Shown piece by piece: positions 32,446 to 43,092 of a DNA stretch of 64,000 nucleotides (position 1 is its first letter; each line of letters begins with the position of its first letter). The position numbers were made by a program, and so were the translations under genes. The stretch is from an uncultured Acidobacteriota bacterium. GTDB taxonomy: Bacteria; Acidobacteriota; Terriglobia; UBA7540. The notes below the pieces were generated by a model that worked only from the letters and a program-made list of their open reading frames with translations, was not told the DNA's origin and made no database searches. The stretch is taken from NCBI GenBank assembly GCA_963804995.1, contig CAWDSK010000005.1:1184001-1248000 (forward strand), read 5' to 3'.

Positions 32446-32721
32446 GGGGGAGTTATTTCCAACCGCTGCAAATGGCAGTTCCCATTTGACCCCGCCAACG
32501 ACTTCCTACCAATGGTGCCCTGTTTCACCAAGCCTGCCGGAGTGCTGCATCATGGTCATCTGGCTATTAAAGTATTACTTGCGGGGGCTGTGCCATCTTG
32601 AGACACTTTCCAGCCCACGCGACACTTTGCGTGAAAAGCTGGACATAACGAAAGTTACGATTTCACTGTATTTAATAGAAAGCATAGCCTGCTAACGGCA
32701 CTATTAAACACTTTCTAATAA

Positions 32722-32737
32722 TGGAGAACCGCGTGCA
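32722..32737 (+). promoter_or_regulatory. Candidate sigma54 promoter for the wzx-wza arm
   Basis: TGGAGAACCGCGTGCA (GG-N10-GC) after an AT-rich tract. Confidence 0.3.
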
Positions 32738-32968
32738 ATTGAGATAGGTCGTTCCCATGCACCCGCCGGGAGGTGCCACGCAAGATTCGCCGTTCGGCGG
32801 AACCACTCATCTAAGTGGCAGGGGCGAAGCCATAACTCAGTTTGGAAATGCCCGCCCGGGGACTGCGGCAAGAGCTCACACAGAAGATGCTCGGGCCCGA
32901 TTGTAGAATAATCTGAAGGACGTTCGGCGCAGTTTTCGCAGGCACGGGGCAATAATCAGCGAGCCTTT

Positions 32969-34306
32969 TTGTTCCTGGATATGTCCTCTATGACTATGTC
33001 GTGGGTTTCCTTGCGGAATTCCCTGGAAGGCAAGCTGATCCACCCTCTGGTCCGGAACACCCTTTGGTCGCTGGGCGGCTTTGGGATGCGCCTGCTGATT
33101 CAGGCCGCTTACTTCATCATTATGGCGCGCTGCCTGGGTCCGGGGCAGTATGGAGGGTTCATTGCTGCCACGGCACTCACGGCAGTGATCTCGCCTTTTG
33201 TCGGCCTGGGATATGGCTTCTTGCTCATCAAGAATGTGGCACGGGACAGGAACCTGTTCTCGGAGTACTGGGGCAACGGCCTGATGATGACACTCGTTTC
33301 AGGGAGCGTGCTTACCTTCCTCGCCATGGCACTCTGCCGGCTGGTCCTCCCTCGCTCAATTCCGATGCTTGTGATCACTCTCATCAGCGTTTCCGACCTC
33401 ATCTTTGTGAAATTCCTGGACATGGGAGCCTGGGCCTTTCAAAGCGTCGAACGTCTCTCGGGAAACGCCCAACTGAACGTCCTGGTAAGCCTGACCCGTC
33501 TCATCGGCATTGCGAGTTTGGCCCTCGCAGTTTCTCATCCCGGTGTTAAGGCCTGGTCAGCGGTTTACTTGGCGGGATCAATTCTGGCGGCACTGATTGC
33601 CGTTGCCTGGGTCACATCCAGCTTGGGAAAACCGAAACTTGCCCTGCATCGCATCCGGGGAGAAGGCGCCGAGGGCTTCTATTTCTCCGTCAGCCTCTCC
33701 GCTCAGTCCATCTACAACGATATCGACAAGACGATGGTAGCAAGGCTGGCCACCCTTGAGGCAGCGGGCGTCTATGCCGCGGCCTACCGCCTGATCGACG
33801 TTGCGTTTATCCCTGTGCGCGCCCTCTTGAGTGCCGCTTATCCCAGCTTCTTCCGCAATGGCAAGGACGGTTTGGGATCAACCCTTCGGTACAGCCGATG
33901 GTTGCTGATTCGGATCATTCCGTACTCACTGTTCACATTCATGGCTCTGCTGCTCGGCGCCCCCTTGGTACCGCGGATCCTCGGGCATCAATACGCCGAC
34001 GTTACAGAAGCCCTGCGCTGGCTCGCCCTGTTGCCGTTATTAAAAACACTGCACTATTTCATCGCTGATGCGCTTACTGGCGCGGGTCACCAAGGAACGC
34101 GAACACTCATCCAGATCGGTGTGGCCGTATTCAATATTCTTATCAATTTGTGGCTTATCCCGGCATACGGGTGGCGCGGCGCAGCTTGGTCGAGCATTGC
34201 CAGCGACGGACTTCTGGCTTTGAGCTTGTGGTTTATCGTGACCCTTTTGCACCGCCACGAGCGGTCCGCGTGCAGCCCAACGGCTGTTGCGGAGGTTCTC
34301 GCGTGA
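32969..34306 (+). CDS. wzx: Wzx-type oligosaccharide flippase
   Basis: ~12 TMs, RNTLWSL, ARCLGPGQYG, IDKTMV, AGVYAAAYRL, LIPAYGWRGAAWS. Confidence 0.88.
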   Translation: MFLDMSSMTMSWVSLRNSLEGKLIHPLVRNTLWSLGGFGMRLLIQAAYFIIMARCLGPGQYGGFIAATALTAVISPFVGLGYGFLLIKNVARDRNLFSEYWGNGLMMTLVSGSVLTFLAMALCRLVLPRSIPMLVITLISVSDLIFVKFLDMGAWAFQSVERLSGNAQLNVLVSLTRLIGIASLALAVSHPGVKAWSAVYLAGSILAALIAVAWVTSSLGKPKLALHRIRGEGAEGFYFSVSLSAQSIYNDIDKTMVARLATLEAAGVYAAAYRLIDVAFIPVRALLSAAYPSFFRNGKDGLGSTLRYSRWLLIRIIPYSLFTFMALLLGAPLVPRILGHQYADVTEALRWLALLPLLKTLHYFIADALTGAGHQGTRTLIQIGVAVFNILINLWLIPAYGWRGAAWSSIASDGLLALSLWFIVTLLHRHERSACSPTAVAEVLA

Positions 34307-34384
34307 TTGACATTCGAAACACAAGGGAAGATCACCGTTCATTCCACGTCCCGATGGTAAACCACACCATTTATCCCAACTCCT

Positions 34385-35629
34385 ATGCTTAAACAAATCG
34401 AGAAAATATTCACGGTCGCCATGCTCCTTTATTGCACCGTGGGATTGCTCCCGGCTATTACCGGCGATCCCGGTGACACTGCGCAGGGGGGCGGGAATCC
34501 ACTTGAGTTGCCCGTCCAGGTGGCTTTCTATACTGTGGCGTTCTGTTTCATCGTCCCACACTGGCGAACAGTCATGCGGGGCGCGTGGAAAGCCAAGTGG
34601 ATCCTTCTGCTCGTCCTCGTCGCCGCACTATCCTCGGTCTGGTCGCAGTCCCCGCTCTTCACGCTGAGACGCAGCACGGTAATGCTCGCAACCACTGTGT
34701 TTGGGATCTATTTTGGGAGCCGCTTTACGGTTCCCCAGCAATTGCGTTTGCTGGGGTGGACCTGCGCGCTTATCGTCTTCTCGACCTTCTTCATCGCAAT
34801 CTTCCTTCCCCATTACGGGGTCGAACACGTTTGGTCCCCCGGCGCCTGGCGGGGAGCATTCATGCAAAAGAATGCGCTCGCAAGGGCTATGGTGCTCTCG
34901 ATACTCGTGTTTTACTTCGCGCGGCCGCCCGCCGGCTGGTGGGTACGCTGGGTGGGAATTGCTGGGGCTTTGTGCCTGCTCGTGCTTTCCAAATCGGCAA
35001 CCGGCGCCGTGGTGTTTTCGGTAATGGTTGCGACTCTGCCCTTGTACAGATTGGCGCGAACCAAGTTTACTTTCGCCATACCTGTATTCATTGTTGTGGG
35101 TGCTGCCGCCGTCGGATCGGGATTCCTGCTCTACACGATTCTGCCTTCACTGCTCGGGTTACTCCAACGAGACACCTCCCTGACGGGACGAACTGAAGTG
35201 TGGCATGCCCTCCTGCTCGCGGTCGCGAAGCGCCCCTGGCTCGGATATGGATTCAACGCCTTTTGGACGGCAGAAGGGGAATCCTCGATGGTAGTACAGC
35301 AGGTGAACTGGTTTGTGGGAGGCGGGCACAACGGATTCCTCGACGTAACACTTGACTTGGGCATCCTAGGGCTGAGCATATTTGTTGCGGGTTATGTCTC
35401 CATATGCCGCCGCGCCTTGCTTCTCATGCGGAAAACCACAGGCGCTGTTCCCATCTGGCTTTGCACGTATCTCGCTTTCATCCTCCTTTATAGTTTTACT
35501 GAAAGCACTGTCTTTCGCCAGACCAGTATCTTCTGGATCCTTTATACATCAACGGCAGTGTGCGTTTCTGTTTATGTCCCCACGTCCGCCCCACCAGCGA
35601 TCAATCTTGCACACCCAGAGGGAACATAA
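34385..35629 (+). CDS. wzy: Wzy/O-antigen-ligase-family polymerase (ExoQ-like)
   Basis: Multi-TM, WRGAFMQKNAL, SLTGRTEVW, PWLGYG, HNGFLD. Confidence 0.85.
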   Translation: MLKQIEKIFTVAMLLYCTVGLLPAITGDPGDTAQGGGNPLELPVQVAFYTVAFCFIVPHWRTVMRGAWKAKWILLLVLVAALSSVWSQSPLFTLRRSTVMLATTVFGIYFGSRFTVPQQLRLLGWTCALIVFSTFFIAIFLPHYGVEHVWSPGAWRGAFMQKNALARAMVLSILVFYFARPPAGWWVRWVGIAGALCLLVLSKSATGAVVFSVMVATLPLYRLARTKFTFAIPVFIVVGAAAVGSGFLLYTILPSLLGLLQRDTSLTGRTEVWHALLLAVAKRPWLGYGFNAFWTAEGESSMVVQQVNWFVGGGHNGFLDVTLDLGILGLSIFVAGYVSICRRALLLMRKTTGAVPIWLCTYLAFILLYSFTESTVFRQTSIFWILYTSTAVCVSVYVPTSAPPAINLAHPEGT

Positions 35630-37038
35630 TGCTTTTCGATACGCCCATATTTTTCGTCTTTTTGACCCTGGTGGTGTCCGTCTATTGGAGATTCGGACGC
35701 AGAAAGCAGAACATATTTCTCCTCGCCGCCAGCTATTTCTTTTACGGATGGTGGGACTGGCGCTTCCTTTTTCTGATGGCAGGTTCGACGCTCATCGATT
35801 TCACCATCGCGAGGAAAATCGGCGGTAGCGCCAACCCAAAACTTCGAAAGGCCCTTCTTATCGCCTCCCTGTTTCTCAACTTCGGGTTCCTCTGTTATTT
35901 CAAATACCTTCATTTCTTCCTGGACTCGTTTTCGCGGCTGGTTTCAACCCTGGGGGTCCACAATATCCCCTTGGTCATGATGCAGATTATTCTTCCGCCC
36001 GCGATTTCTTTCTACACCTTCCAGGAGGTGGCGTATATCGTCGACGTGTATAAAGGCGAGATTGAACCCGCGGATTCGCTGGTCGACTACGCGTTGTTTA
36101 TCAGCCTGTTCCCGCACCTGATTGCCGGACCTATCCAGCGGCCTTCACATCTGTTGCCGCAGGTTCAGAGGCCGCGGGTCTTCCGGCCGGAGGCATTCTT
36201 TTCCGGGTGCCTTTTGATCATTTCCGGTCTGGTCAGAAAGTGCGTTGTTGCCGACAGTTGTGCCGTGCTTGCCAATGCGGCATTTGGCGGACAAATGGGC
36301 TTCGGGTGGGCGGCGACCGTGATCGGAACCTTGGCATTCGCATTCCAGATTTACGGCGACTTCAGCGGCTACAGTGATATAGCTCGGGGAGCTGCCCAAC
36401 TGATGGGGTTCCATTTCATGGTCAATTTCCGGCAGCCTTACCTGGCCACCAGCCTACAAGACTTTTGGAGACGCTGGCATATCAGCTTGAGCACCTGGCT
36501 GCGTGACTACCTCTACATCCCTCTGGGAGGCAACCGGAAGGGCGAACCCCGAACCTACATAAACCTGCTGATCACCATGCTGCTGGGGGGGTTATGGCAT
36601 GGAGCCAACTGGACGTTCGTCATCTGGGGTCTCCTCCATGGCGGAGCGCTCGCTGTTGAGCGGGCGATGGGTAGCGCTCGCCGCGAGGCCACAACCTCAA
36701 GCTGGTTCTGGCGCTGGGTTAAAAGAATCGTGGTCTTTCAATTCGTGTGCCTGACCTGGATTTTCTTCCGTGCCGCATCCCTGGGGGATGCCATTCAGTT
36801 CATCGGCAATCTGTTTCGAAGGTCGACAACTCCCGATCTCCTGCCCCCCTTCTTCTTCCTGGCGTTCTTCGTGGCCATCATCATGGCCATGGATCTAATG
36901 GTGGAGCAAAGCGGCGGAGAGTATGTCTTCCAAAACCTTTCGCCCCAGATCCAAATCGCCACGGCGGTTGCCGGACTCCTCATGGTCGCATTTCTTTCCA
37001 CCGGAGGAACAAGTGCATTCATCTATTTCCAGTTTTGA
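35629..37038 (+). CDS. MBOAT O-acyltransferase (AlgI/PatA-like)
   Basis: ISFYTFQ, FPHLIAGPI, QIYGDFSGYSDIA, FWRRWHISLS, GLWHGANWTF. Confidence 0.93.
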   Translation: MLFDTPIFFVFLTLVVSVYWRFGRRKQNIFLLAASYFFYGWWDWRFLFLMAGSTLIDFTIARKIGGSANPKLRKALLIASLFLNFGFLCYFKYLHFFLDSFSRLVSTLGVHNIPLVMMQIILPPAISFYTFQEVAYIVDVYKGEIEPADSLVDYALFISLFPHLIAGPIQRPSHLLPQVQRPRVFRPEAFFSGCLLIISGLVRKCVVADSCAVLANAAFGGQMGFGWAATVIGTLAFAFQIYGDFSGYSDIARGAAQLMGFHFMVNFRQPYLATSLQDFWRRWHISLSTWLRDYLYIPLGGNRKGEPRTYINLLITMLLGGLWHGANWTFVIWGLLHGGALAVERAMGSARREATTSSWFWRWVKRIVVFQFVCLTWIFFRAASLGDAIQFIGNLFRRSTTPDLLPPFFFLAFFVAIIMAMDLMVEQSGGEYVFQNLSPQIQIATAVAGLLMVAFLSTGGTSAFIYFQF

Positions 37039-37072
37039 GACTACCGAGTCTTACGGCGCCACAAGGGAGAGC

Positions 37073-37978
37073 GTGATCGAACACCGCCACGTGGTTCTAC
37101 TCCTTGCCGCCATCGCGATCATATGCACTCTGGTCGAATTGGCGACCAATGTGTGGTCACATTCCATTAACAAATATGGCCGGCAAGTGGAAGCGGAATA
37201 TGCTGAAGCCGTCGGCTTGCGCTCCGGCGCAGAGGGTATACAAAAGTCCGTGCTGATTGTGGGAAATTCAACTCTGCGCTGTGGGGTGGATGTCCGAGAT
37301 CTCCGCAATCAAGTCCAGCCGGACTTGGATGCTCACACCCTTTCACTCAACAGCACCCTGATTGAAGACTGGCATTTCGCCTTAAGAGAACTCTTTCGTA
37401 AGGGTGCGCGTCCCGATTTCGTAGTGCTGATGCTCCCGCCCAATCATGTTGGCTTCGTAGCGCCGATGCCGGAGGAAGCCACCTATTACCTGTTTGGCAT
37501 GCAGGATATCATGATGCTTCGAAGGGCTGAGGGGATCAGCCCCACGGCATTGTCCAACATCTTATTTGCACACTATAGCGCATTCTTTAGCCGCCGAACC
37601 CCTCTCCGACTCCGCGTAAAGAGTAGGCTGTTTCCAGGCTTTGAATCCGTGTCTCTCCGATACATGGTCAGAAGGCCCATTCCCGATTACCGTCCCGTCC
37701 CCAAGCGCTTCCGCGAGATCAAAACTTTGTGCGCTCAGAACGGAGCCCACCTTCTGTTCGTCATCCCCCCTACCCATCAAGAAAATGACGCTCTTGGAGC
37801 CCCGGTTGTTCTGGCAGCCGCTGAATCCGAAGGAATACCGGCATCCATGCCGGTGCCCAACGCTCAACTTAGCGGCGACAAGTATTCAGACGGCTACCAC
37901 CTCAACAGCGAAGGGCAAAAGATTTTCACGGCGGCCCTAGCCGAATTCCTCAGAAAGCAGGCTCGTCATGACCACTGA
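37073..37978 (+). CDS. Membrane-anchored SGNH-hydrolase-like O-acyl transfer partner (AlgJ/DltD-like)
   Basis: N-terminal TM, block I LIVGNS, C-terminal DGYHLN (DxxH); directly after the MBOAT. Confidence 0.7.
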   Translation: MIEHRHVVLLLAAIAIICTLVELATNVWSHSINKYGRQVEAEYAEAVGLRSGAEGIQKSVLIVGNSTLRCGVDVRDLRNQVQPDLDAHTLSLNSTLIEDWHFALRELFRKGARPDFVVLMLPPNHVGFVAPMPEEATYYLFGMQDIMMLRRAEGISPTALSNILFAHYSAFFSRRTPLRLRVKSRLFPGFESVSLRYMVRRPIPDYRPVPKRFREIKTLCAQNGAHLLFVIPPTHQENDALGAPVVLAAAESEGIPASMPVPNAQLSGDKYSDGYHLNSEGQKIFTAALAEFLRKQARHDH

Positions 37979-38963
37979 GCAATCAGCCCCCATCCAACCG
38001 GAAGACTTGCTGGAAGCTTCCGTGACCCTCATCCCTTTGCGGGCGCAGACGCAGATCGCAGTTTGCATCCCAACCTACAAGCGGCCGGAGGGTCTGCGCC
38101 GCTTGCTGGCGGCTCTTGAAACCCAGGAACCTTTGCCCGGCTGCCAGATCACCATCGTCGTCGTGGATAATGAAGCCTCCCCGCAAACGAAGGCAATCTG
38201 CGATGAATTTGCCGCCAGGTCGATGTATCCGCTTAACTATTGCGGCGAGCCGCGGCGGGGTATTTCCCATGTGAGGAACAAGTCTGTCGAGATTGCAGCG
38301 GGATTTGCCGATACACTTGTGTTTATCGATGATGACGAAGTGCCTTCCCCAGAGTGGCTAAGACATCTGGCAACTTGCCAGCGAACTTATGGAGCGGATG
38401 TGGTGTCCGGACCTGTCATCCCCCGCTTTATGTCCAAAGTCCCGCCATGGATCAGTGCAGGGAGATTCTTCGAGAGACCTCGTTACGCAACTGGTACGGC
38501 GCTGCCGGAGGCCCGCACTGGTAATGTGCTGATACGCATGGAGGTGTTTCGCCGCATCGGGCTTTTTGATGATCGTTTCGATCTAACCGGCGGTGAAGAC
38601 TGGGATTTCTTCGTGCGGCTCCATGAATCGGGGGGACTCATCTTCTGGGCCGACGAAGCAGTCGTAGATGAATGGGTTCCCCCTTCGCGTACCACGTTGA
38701 AATACGTTCTTCAGCGGGCGTACCGGACAGGAAGCGTTATTTCCTTTCGCACCTCCCAGTCACAATCCCATCTGCAAAAGTCGATCTCGGTCGCCCGTAG
38801 TATCCTTTGCGGCATTAAGAGGACTGGCCTTCTGATTGCCTCGCTTACACGCGACAGATCGGAAGTGGTTAAGGCTCTGCAAAATGTGTACTGCTGTGCT
38901 GGACTTGTCGCCGGTGCATTTGGGATGCGCTACGAACAGTATCGCACGGTCCATTCAGCCTGA
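37968..38963 (+). CDS. GT2 glycosyltransferase (ExoM-like)
   Basis: CIPTYKRP, VVVDN, FIDDDE, TGNVL, GGEDWDF. Confidence 0.9.
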   Translation: MTTEQSAPIQPEDLLEASVTLIPLRAQTQIAVCIPTYKRPEGLRRLLAALETQEPLPGCQITIVVVDNEASPQTKAICDEFAARSMYPLNYCGEPRRGISHVRNKSVEIAAGFADTLVFIDDDEVPSPEWLRHLATCQRTYGADVVSGPVIPRFMSKVPPWISAGRFFERPRYATGTALPEARTGNVLIRMEVFRRIGLFDDRFDLTGGEDWDFFVRLHESGGLIFWADEAVVDEWVPPSRTTLKYVLQRAYRTGSVISFRTSQSQSHLQKSISVARSILCGIKRTGLLIASLTRDRSEVVKALQNVYCCAGLVAGAFGMRYEQYRTVHSA

Positions 38964-39168
38964 TTACTCCACCACAGCCAATTGAACCTCGGGGCTTAGT
39001 GCTTACCCGGGCTCTTCCTGATCGACAACCATCATCAAAGCACCACCACCCATCGAGAACAAGCTCAGGCTCTTAAAGCCATCTACGAACATGCGATCGA
39101 TGAACGTCGCCGCGCCGGAAAGACCGTGAAATCACGGTACCCGGAAATCTCCCACTGGAGTGCCACAC

Positions 39169-40095
39169 ATGAGTGAAAAACCATTAGTCAGTGCCGTCAT
39201 TCCCACATGCAACCGCCCCGACATGGTCAAGCGAGCTGTGCATTCAGCGCTAAACCAGACGTATCCCCATATGGAAGTCGTGGTGGTGATCGACGGTCCC
39301 GACGATTGCACCGGCAAGGAATTGGCAACGATTTCCGATTCTCGATTGCGCATTATTGAACTTCCCCAGCGAGTGGGCGGTTCCGATGCGCGCAATCGGG
39401 GGATGGAGTCTGCCCGCGGCGAGTGGCTTGCACTGCTTGATGACGACGACGAATGGCTGCCGGAGAAAACTGACGTTCAAATGAGGCTGGCGGAAAGATC
39501 GTCTTTTCGTTATCCCATTGTCAGTTCCAGGCTATACCTCCGGACATCCCAATACGAACAGGTATGGCCTCGCGATATCCCGTCCACACCGATCTGTGAA
39601 TACCTGTTCGTCCGCAAACAGTGGTCGTACGGGCGAGGTTTGCTTTCTACCATCACGCTGCTGTTCCCAAAGGACCTCTACAGGCTTGTGCCGTTCAAGA
39701 GCGGCCTGCCCCGGCACCAGGATCTCAACTGGCTGTTGCGAGCTACCCAAGAGGATGGAGCAGGAATCGAGTTTGCGCCCGAGCCACTGGCGGTTTGGCA
39801 CAGGGCAGAACACAGGAAGAGTGTTAGTTCCACCGCGAGCTGGCGGGGTTCATATGAATGGATCCATAGCGTCCGCGACATGATCACTCCGCGCGCGTAT
39901 GGAAGTTTTATTGCTTCCGACGTTGCATGGCAGGCCGCCGCCCAGCACGCCTGGGGCTCCTTTTTCCCCCTGCTGTGGGAAGCTTGGGGCCAGGGTAAGC
40001 TGAAGCCCGCCGACGTCATGCGGTACACGGGCTTCTGGCTGGCCCCCCCTGCGTTGCGCTCGGCCCTCAAATCACTCCTCCTTGCAGTCTGCTAA
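39169..40095 (+). CDS. GT2 glycosyltransferase
   Basis: VSAVIPTCNR, VVIDG, ARNRG, LLDDDDEW, HQD. Confidence 0.9.
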   Translation: MSEKPLVSAVIPTCNRPDMVKRAVHSALNQTYPHMEVVVVIDGPDDCTGKELATISDSRLRIIELPQRVGGSDARNRGMESARGEWLALLDDDDEWLPEKTDVQMRLAERSSFRYPIVSSRLYLRTSQYEQVWPRDIPSTPICEYLFVRKQWSYGRGLLSTITLLFPKDLYRLVPFKSGLPRHQDLNWLLRATQEDGAGIEFAPEPLAVWHRAEHRKSVSSTASWRGSYEWIHSVRDMITPRAYGSFIASDVAWQAAAQHAWGSFFPLLWEAWGQGKLKPADVMRYTGFWLAPPALRSALKSLLLAVC

Positions 40096-40099
40096 TCAA

Positions 40100-41089
40100 A
40101 TGGCCCCTCTACTCACAGTTGGCATTCCCGTTTACAACGGCATGCCCTTCCTCCCGGAAGCAGTTGAGAGCATACTTAGCCAGCCTTTTGATGATTATGA
40201 GCTCCTCGTCATCAATGATGGCTCAACTGACGGCTCCTGGGATTACCTCAAATCTCTTCGCAACCCACACCTACGGCTGATCTCGCAGGACAACCGGGGC
40301 CTCACCGCAACATTGAATCGTATGCTTGAAGAGGCACGCGCCCCCTGGCTGGTAAGGCTGGACGCGGACGATGTCGCGTGCCCGAACCGCTTGCAACTCG
40401 TTGCCGAACACATAAACCGGCGGCCTGAAAGCGGAATGTTCTACTCGCGCGCCAGGCATCATCAACACGCCAGCGCCGTTTCCCTTGTACGTAGCACTGA
40501 AGCAACTTCATCAGAACTGCGTACCCAGACGCAAATGGGGTATTTATTATCGATCTGCCACTCCAGCGTGGTCTTGAATGTGCGGAAGGCACTATCGCTC
40601 GGCGGCTACCGGTTCAATCTGCAAATTGAGGATGTCGACCTGTGGTGGCGCATGGCCTTGACCTACGAAATGATTTTTATACCCGAAATTACTGTGGCTT
40701 ATCGCCTTAATGCGGGTAGCATTTGCGCCATACACCTGGGTGAGCTTGAATCCCACACACTTTTCGTACAGTACCTGCTTTTGTCGCAACTATGGAATGT
40801 GAAACCCCTCCCCTACATCCAGGTTCAGCCAGTCTTGCAGTCCTTCCTCCACCGGCGAAGGTTGATCTATCGCGAGCAAATGTGGCGGGCTGCCATATTA
40901 CTTAGTGCCCGGAAGTATGGACAAGCAGCGGGCCGTATGGCGGTTGCGGCATGCATCGCTCCAATTCGTTTTCTCCAGCGGACCCTTTATCCTCTACACC
41001 GGCCTTCAATGATCAGGATTGGCGAACCGCCTCAGGCTTTTCGAAGAATGCGCGGCCAACTCTGGCCAACGTCCGCCATCGAGGATTAA
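40100..41089 (+). CDS. GT2 glycosyltransferase
   Basis: IPVYNG, INDGSTDGS, RLDADD, IEDVDLW. Confidence 0.9.
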   Translation: MAPLLTVGIPVYNGMPFLPEAVESILSQPFDDYELLVINDGSTDGSWDYLKSLRNPHLRLISQDNRGLTATLNRMLEEARAPWLVRLDADDVACPNRLQLVAEHINRRPESGMFYSRARHHQHASAVSLVRSTEATSSELRTQTQMGYLLSICHSSVVLNVRKALSLGGYRFNLQIEDVDLWWRMALTYEMIFIPEITVAYRLNAGSICAIHLGELESHTLFVQYLLLSQLWNVKPLPYIQVQPVLQSFLHRRRLIYREQMWRAAILLSARKYGQAAGRMAVAACIAPIRFLQRTLYPLHRPSMIRIGEPPQAFRRMRGQLWPTSAIED

Positions 41090-41321
41090 GGTTAGCCTCG
41101 TTCCCCCTGAGAATTCCAATGAGTTGAGGTCAGAGGAAATACTATGATTTGCAAGCCAGCACGCCGAATCAGAAATTCCGTCACGGGACGCCTGGAGTTT
41201 ATCAGCCATTCGAAACTCAACCGCGGCGAAACGGAGTGTCGCGACTCACCTGGACGATTACACTCTTGCGTAATTCTTTTGAATGAATCTTGTTGTTGGG
41301 TAGCGCCTCCAGGGGAGGCCT

Positions 41322-42554
41322 ATGGCACTTGACACATCCCGCCCCAGACTCCCGGCTTTGACCGGTCTGCGGTTTTTTGCCGCACTCTACGTCGTTTTGT
41401 TCCACTTGAAGGCAACGAGAATTGCTTTCCAGAGCGGTTTGGCCGGTTCAATCATACAGTTGGGCTATACCGGTGTGAGCCTGTTCTTTGTGCTCTCCGG
41501 ATTCATCCTTGTTTACACCTACCAGGGACGGGGCATGCCACTTGGACAGTTCTTCCGGGCACGATTTGCCCGCGTTTATCCCGCCTATGCCTTCTCGCTG
41601 GTCGTGATGGCGCACGCCTTTTATCGTGGTATGTACTTCTTTAAGCCCGTACGCCTGACCTGGGGTGCATCCCATCCTCTAGTCTCAACGCTGAGTGTGC
41701 TCACGCTGGTGCAATCGTGGATTCCACTGGGAGCGTCAGCTTGGAACAACGTCGCGTGGAGCCTCTCCGTCGAAACATTCTTTTACTTGGCCTTCCCTTT
41801 CGTTTTAAGTTGGTTGGGGCGCCGCAACAAGTCTCATATCTTTCAATTACTGCTCCTTTTCTGGCTGGCCAGCCTTGCTGTTTCCACCAGCTACGTGTTG
41901 TTGAAGCCGGACGGCCTGGGGCTGACTGATTCGAGCGTGGTAAATGCGACGTGGCTGAACGTGGTCAAGTTCAATCCCTTGGCGCGGCTGCCAGAGTTTC
42001 TCATGGGTATGTGTGGCGCCATGCTGTTTCTGCGAAACGCAGTCAGCCGGAAGCTCGCTACCCCGTTGGTGCTGGGAGCATTGGCCGGACTCCTGGCGGT
42101 TGCCTATTTTTCGCCGGCGATTCCCTATCCGATTCTCCACACCGGATTATTGAGCGGTATCTTCGCCGCTTTGGTCTATGGTCTCGCTTTGGGTCCGAGT
42201 TGGACGAAATTCCTAAATGCCCGCATCCTGGCGGTCCTCGGGGATGCGAGTTATAGTCTTTATCTGCTGCACAACTACGTGCTGACACACATTCTCGTGC
42301 GGGAGCAGGGCCGCCTCCTGCATACCTCGGTGCCGTGGGTCGTTCTGGCGGTGGCGGTGGCGGTCGCCATGGCCATTGGCGTCTACGAATTCGTTGAGGA
42401 ACCGCTGCGGCGCAAACTGAACCCGCGCCGGCATCCAGGCCAAGTGGCGCAAGCCCAACCGGCCGAAGGAAAACGGCCCGCCATATCTGGCAGGTCGGGC
42501 GATAAACCCGTCGATGGCAACTCCCCTGGTTGCCTGGTTTCGAGCGGCGGGTAG
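41322..42554 (+). CDS. Acyltransferase family 3 (OafA-like)
   Basis: LTGLRFFAA, GVSLFFVLSGF, RFARVYP, WSLSVETFFY, LGDASYSLYLLH, VEEP. Confidence 0.92.
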   Translation: MALDTSRPRLPALTGLRFFAALYVVLFHLKATRIAFQSGLAGSIIQLGYTGVSLFFVLSGFILVYTYQGRGMPLGQFFRARFARVYPAYAFSLVVMAHAFYRGMYFFKPVRLTWGASHPLVSTLSVLTLVQSWIPLGASAWNNVAWSLSVETFFYLAFPFVLSWLGRRNKSHIFQLLLLFWLASLAVSTSYVLLKPDGLGLTDSSVVNATWLNVVKFNPLARLPEFLMGMCGAMLFLRNAVSRKLATPLVLGALAGLLAVAYFSPAIPYPILHTGLLSGIFAALVYGLALGPSWTKFLNARILAVLGDASYSLYLLHNYVLTHILVREQGRLLHTSVPWVVLAVAVAVAMAIGVYEFVEEPLRRKLNPRRHPGQVAQAQPAEGKRPAISGRSGDKPVDGNSPGCLVSSGG

Positions 42555-43092
42555 CTGGTAGCAGAACCTCATGTTAGTCTTCCCCTCTCTCCTTAGGAAT
42601 CGATCCCCAATAACATGTCCAGTTATGGAACACTTTCAGGCCCATTCGTACAGTGTGTCCAAGCTTCTCAGCCCTATCATTGAATTCTAACGGCTTGTAT
42701 ATCAGTGCGTTAATGAATTCTTTCGAAATCATCACAGATGGTGAATAACGTGCTCCTAGGGTAGGTGGGCACGAAATAGTTTACCGGATTTGCAAAACCT
42801 TTCGGCAGGGGCTCACGGCTAACTGAGCATGGCGAAGCCCTGCAATAATCCCCACAAGACGAGAGAAGGCCATCGAGTCGGCGTTCAATATCGAATGTCC
42901 CTTTCTGCATTGGCCCAGTGCTCACCTATTCACAGGAAAATGCTCATCCCGTCGGGGCCGCCGGAGTTTCGCTCATAAGTGCGAAACACTTCAACCTGCG
43001 TAGGCATGGACAACCTTAATCCAAAGTTCCACGTTCGGCCCATTAATTCAGTTCACGACAAGATTGAACGGCCGGTTTTCGAGGCGACAAAC

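Noticed and set aside
39060..39175. Remnant of a deleted GT4 gene (QAQALKAIYE...)
   Set aside because: Similarity is too short to support.
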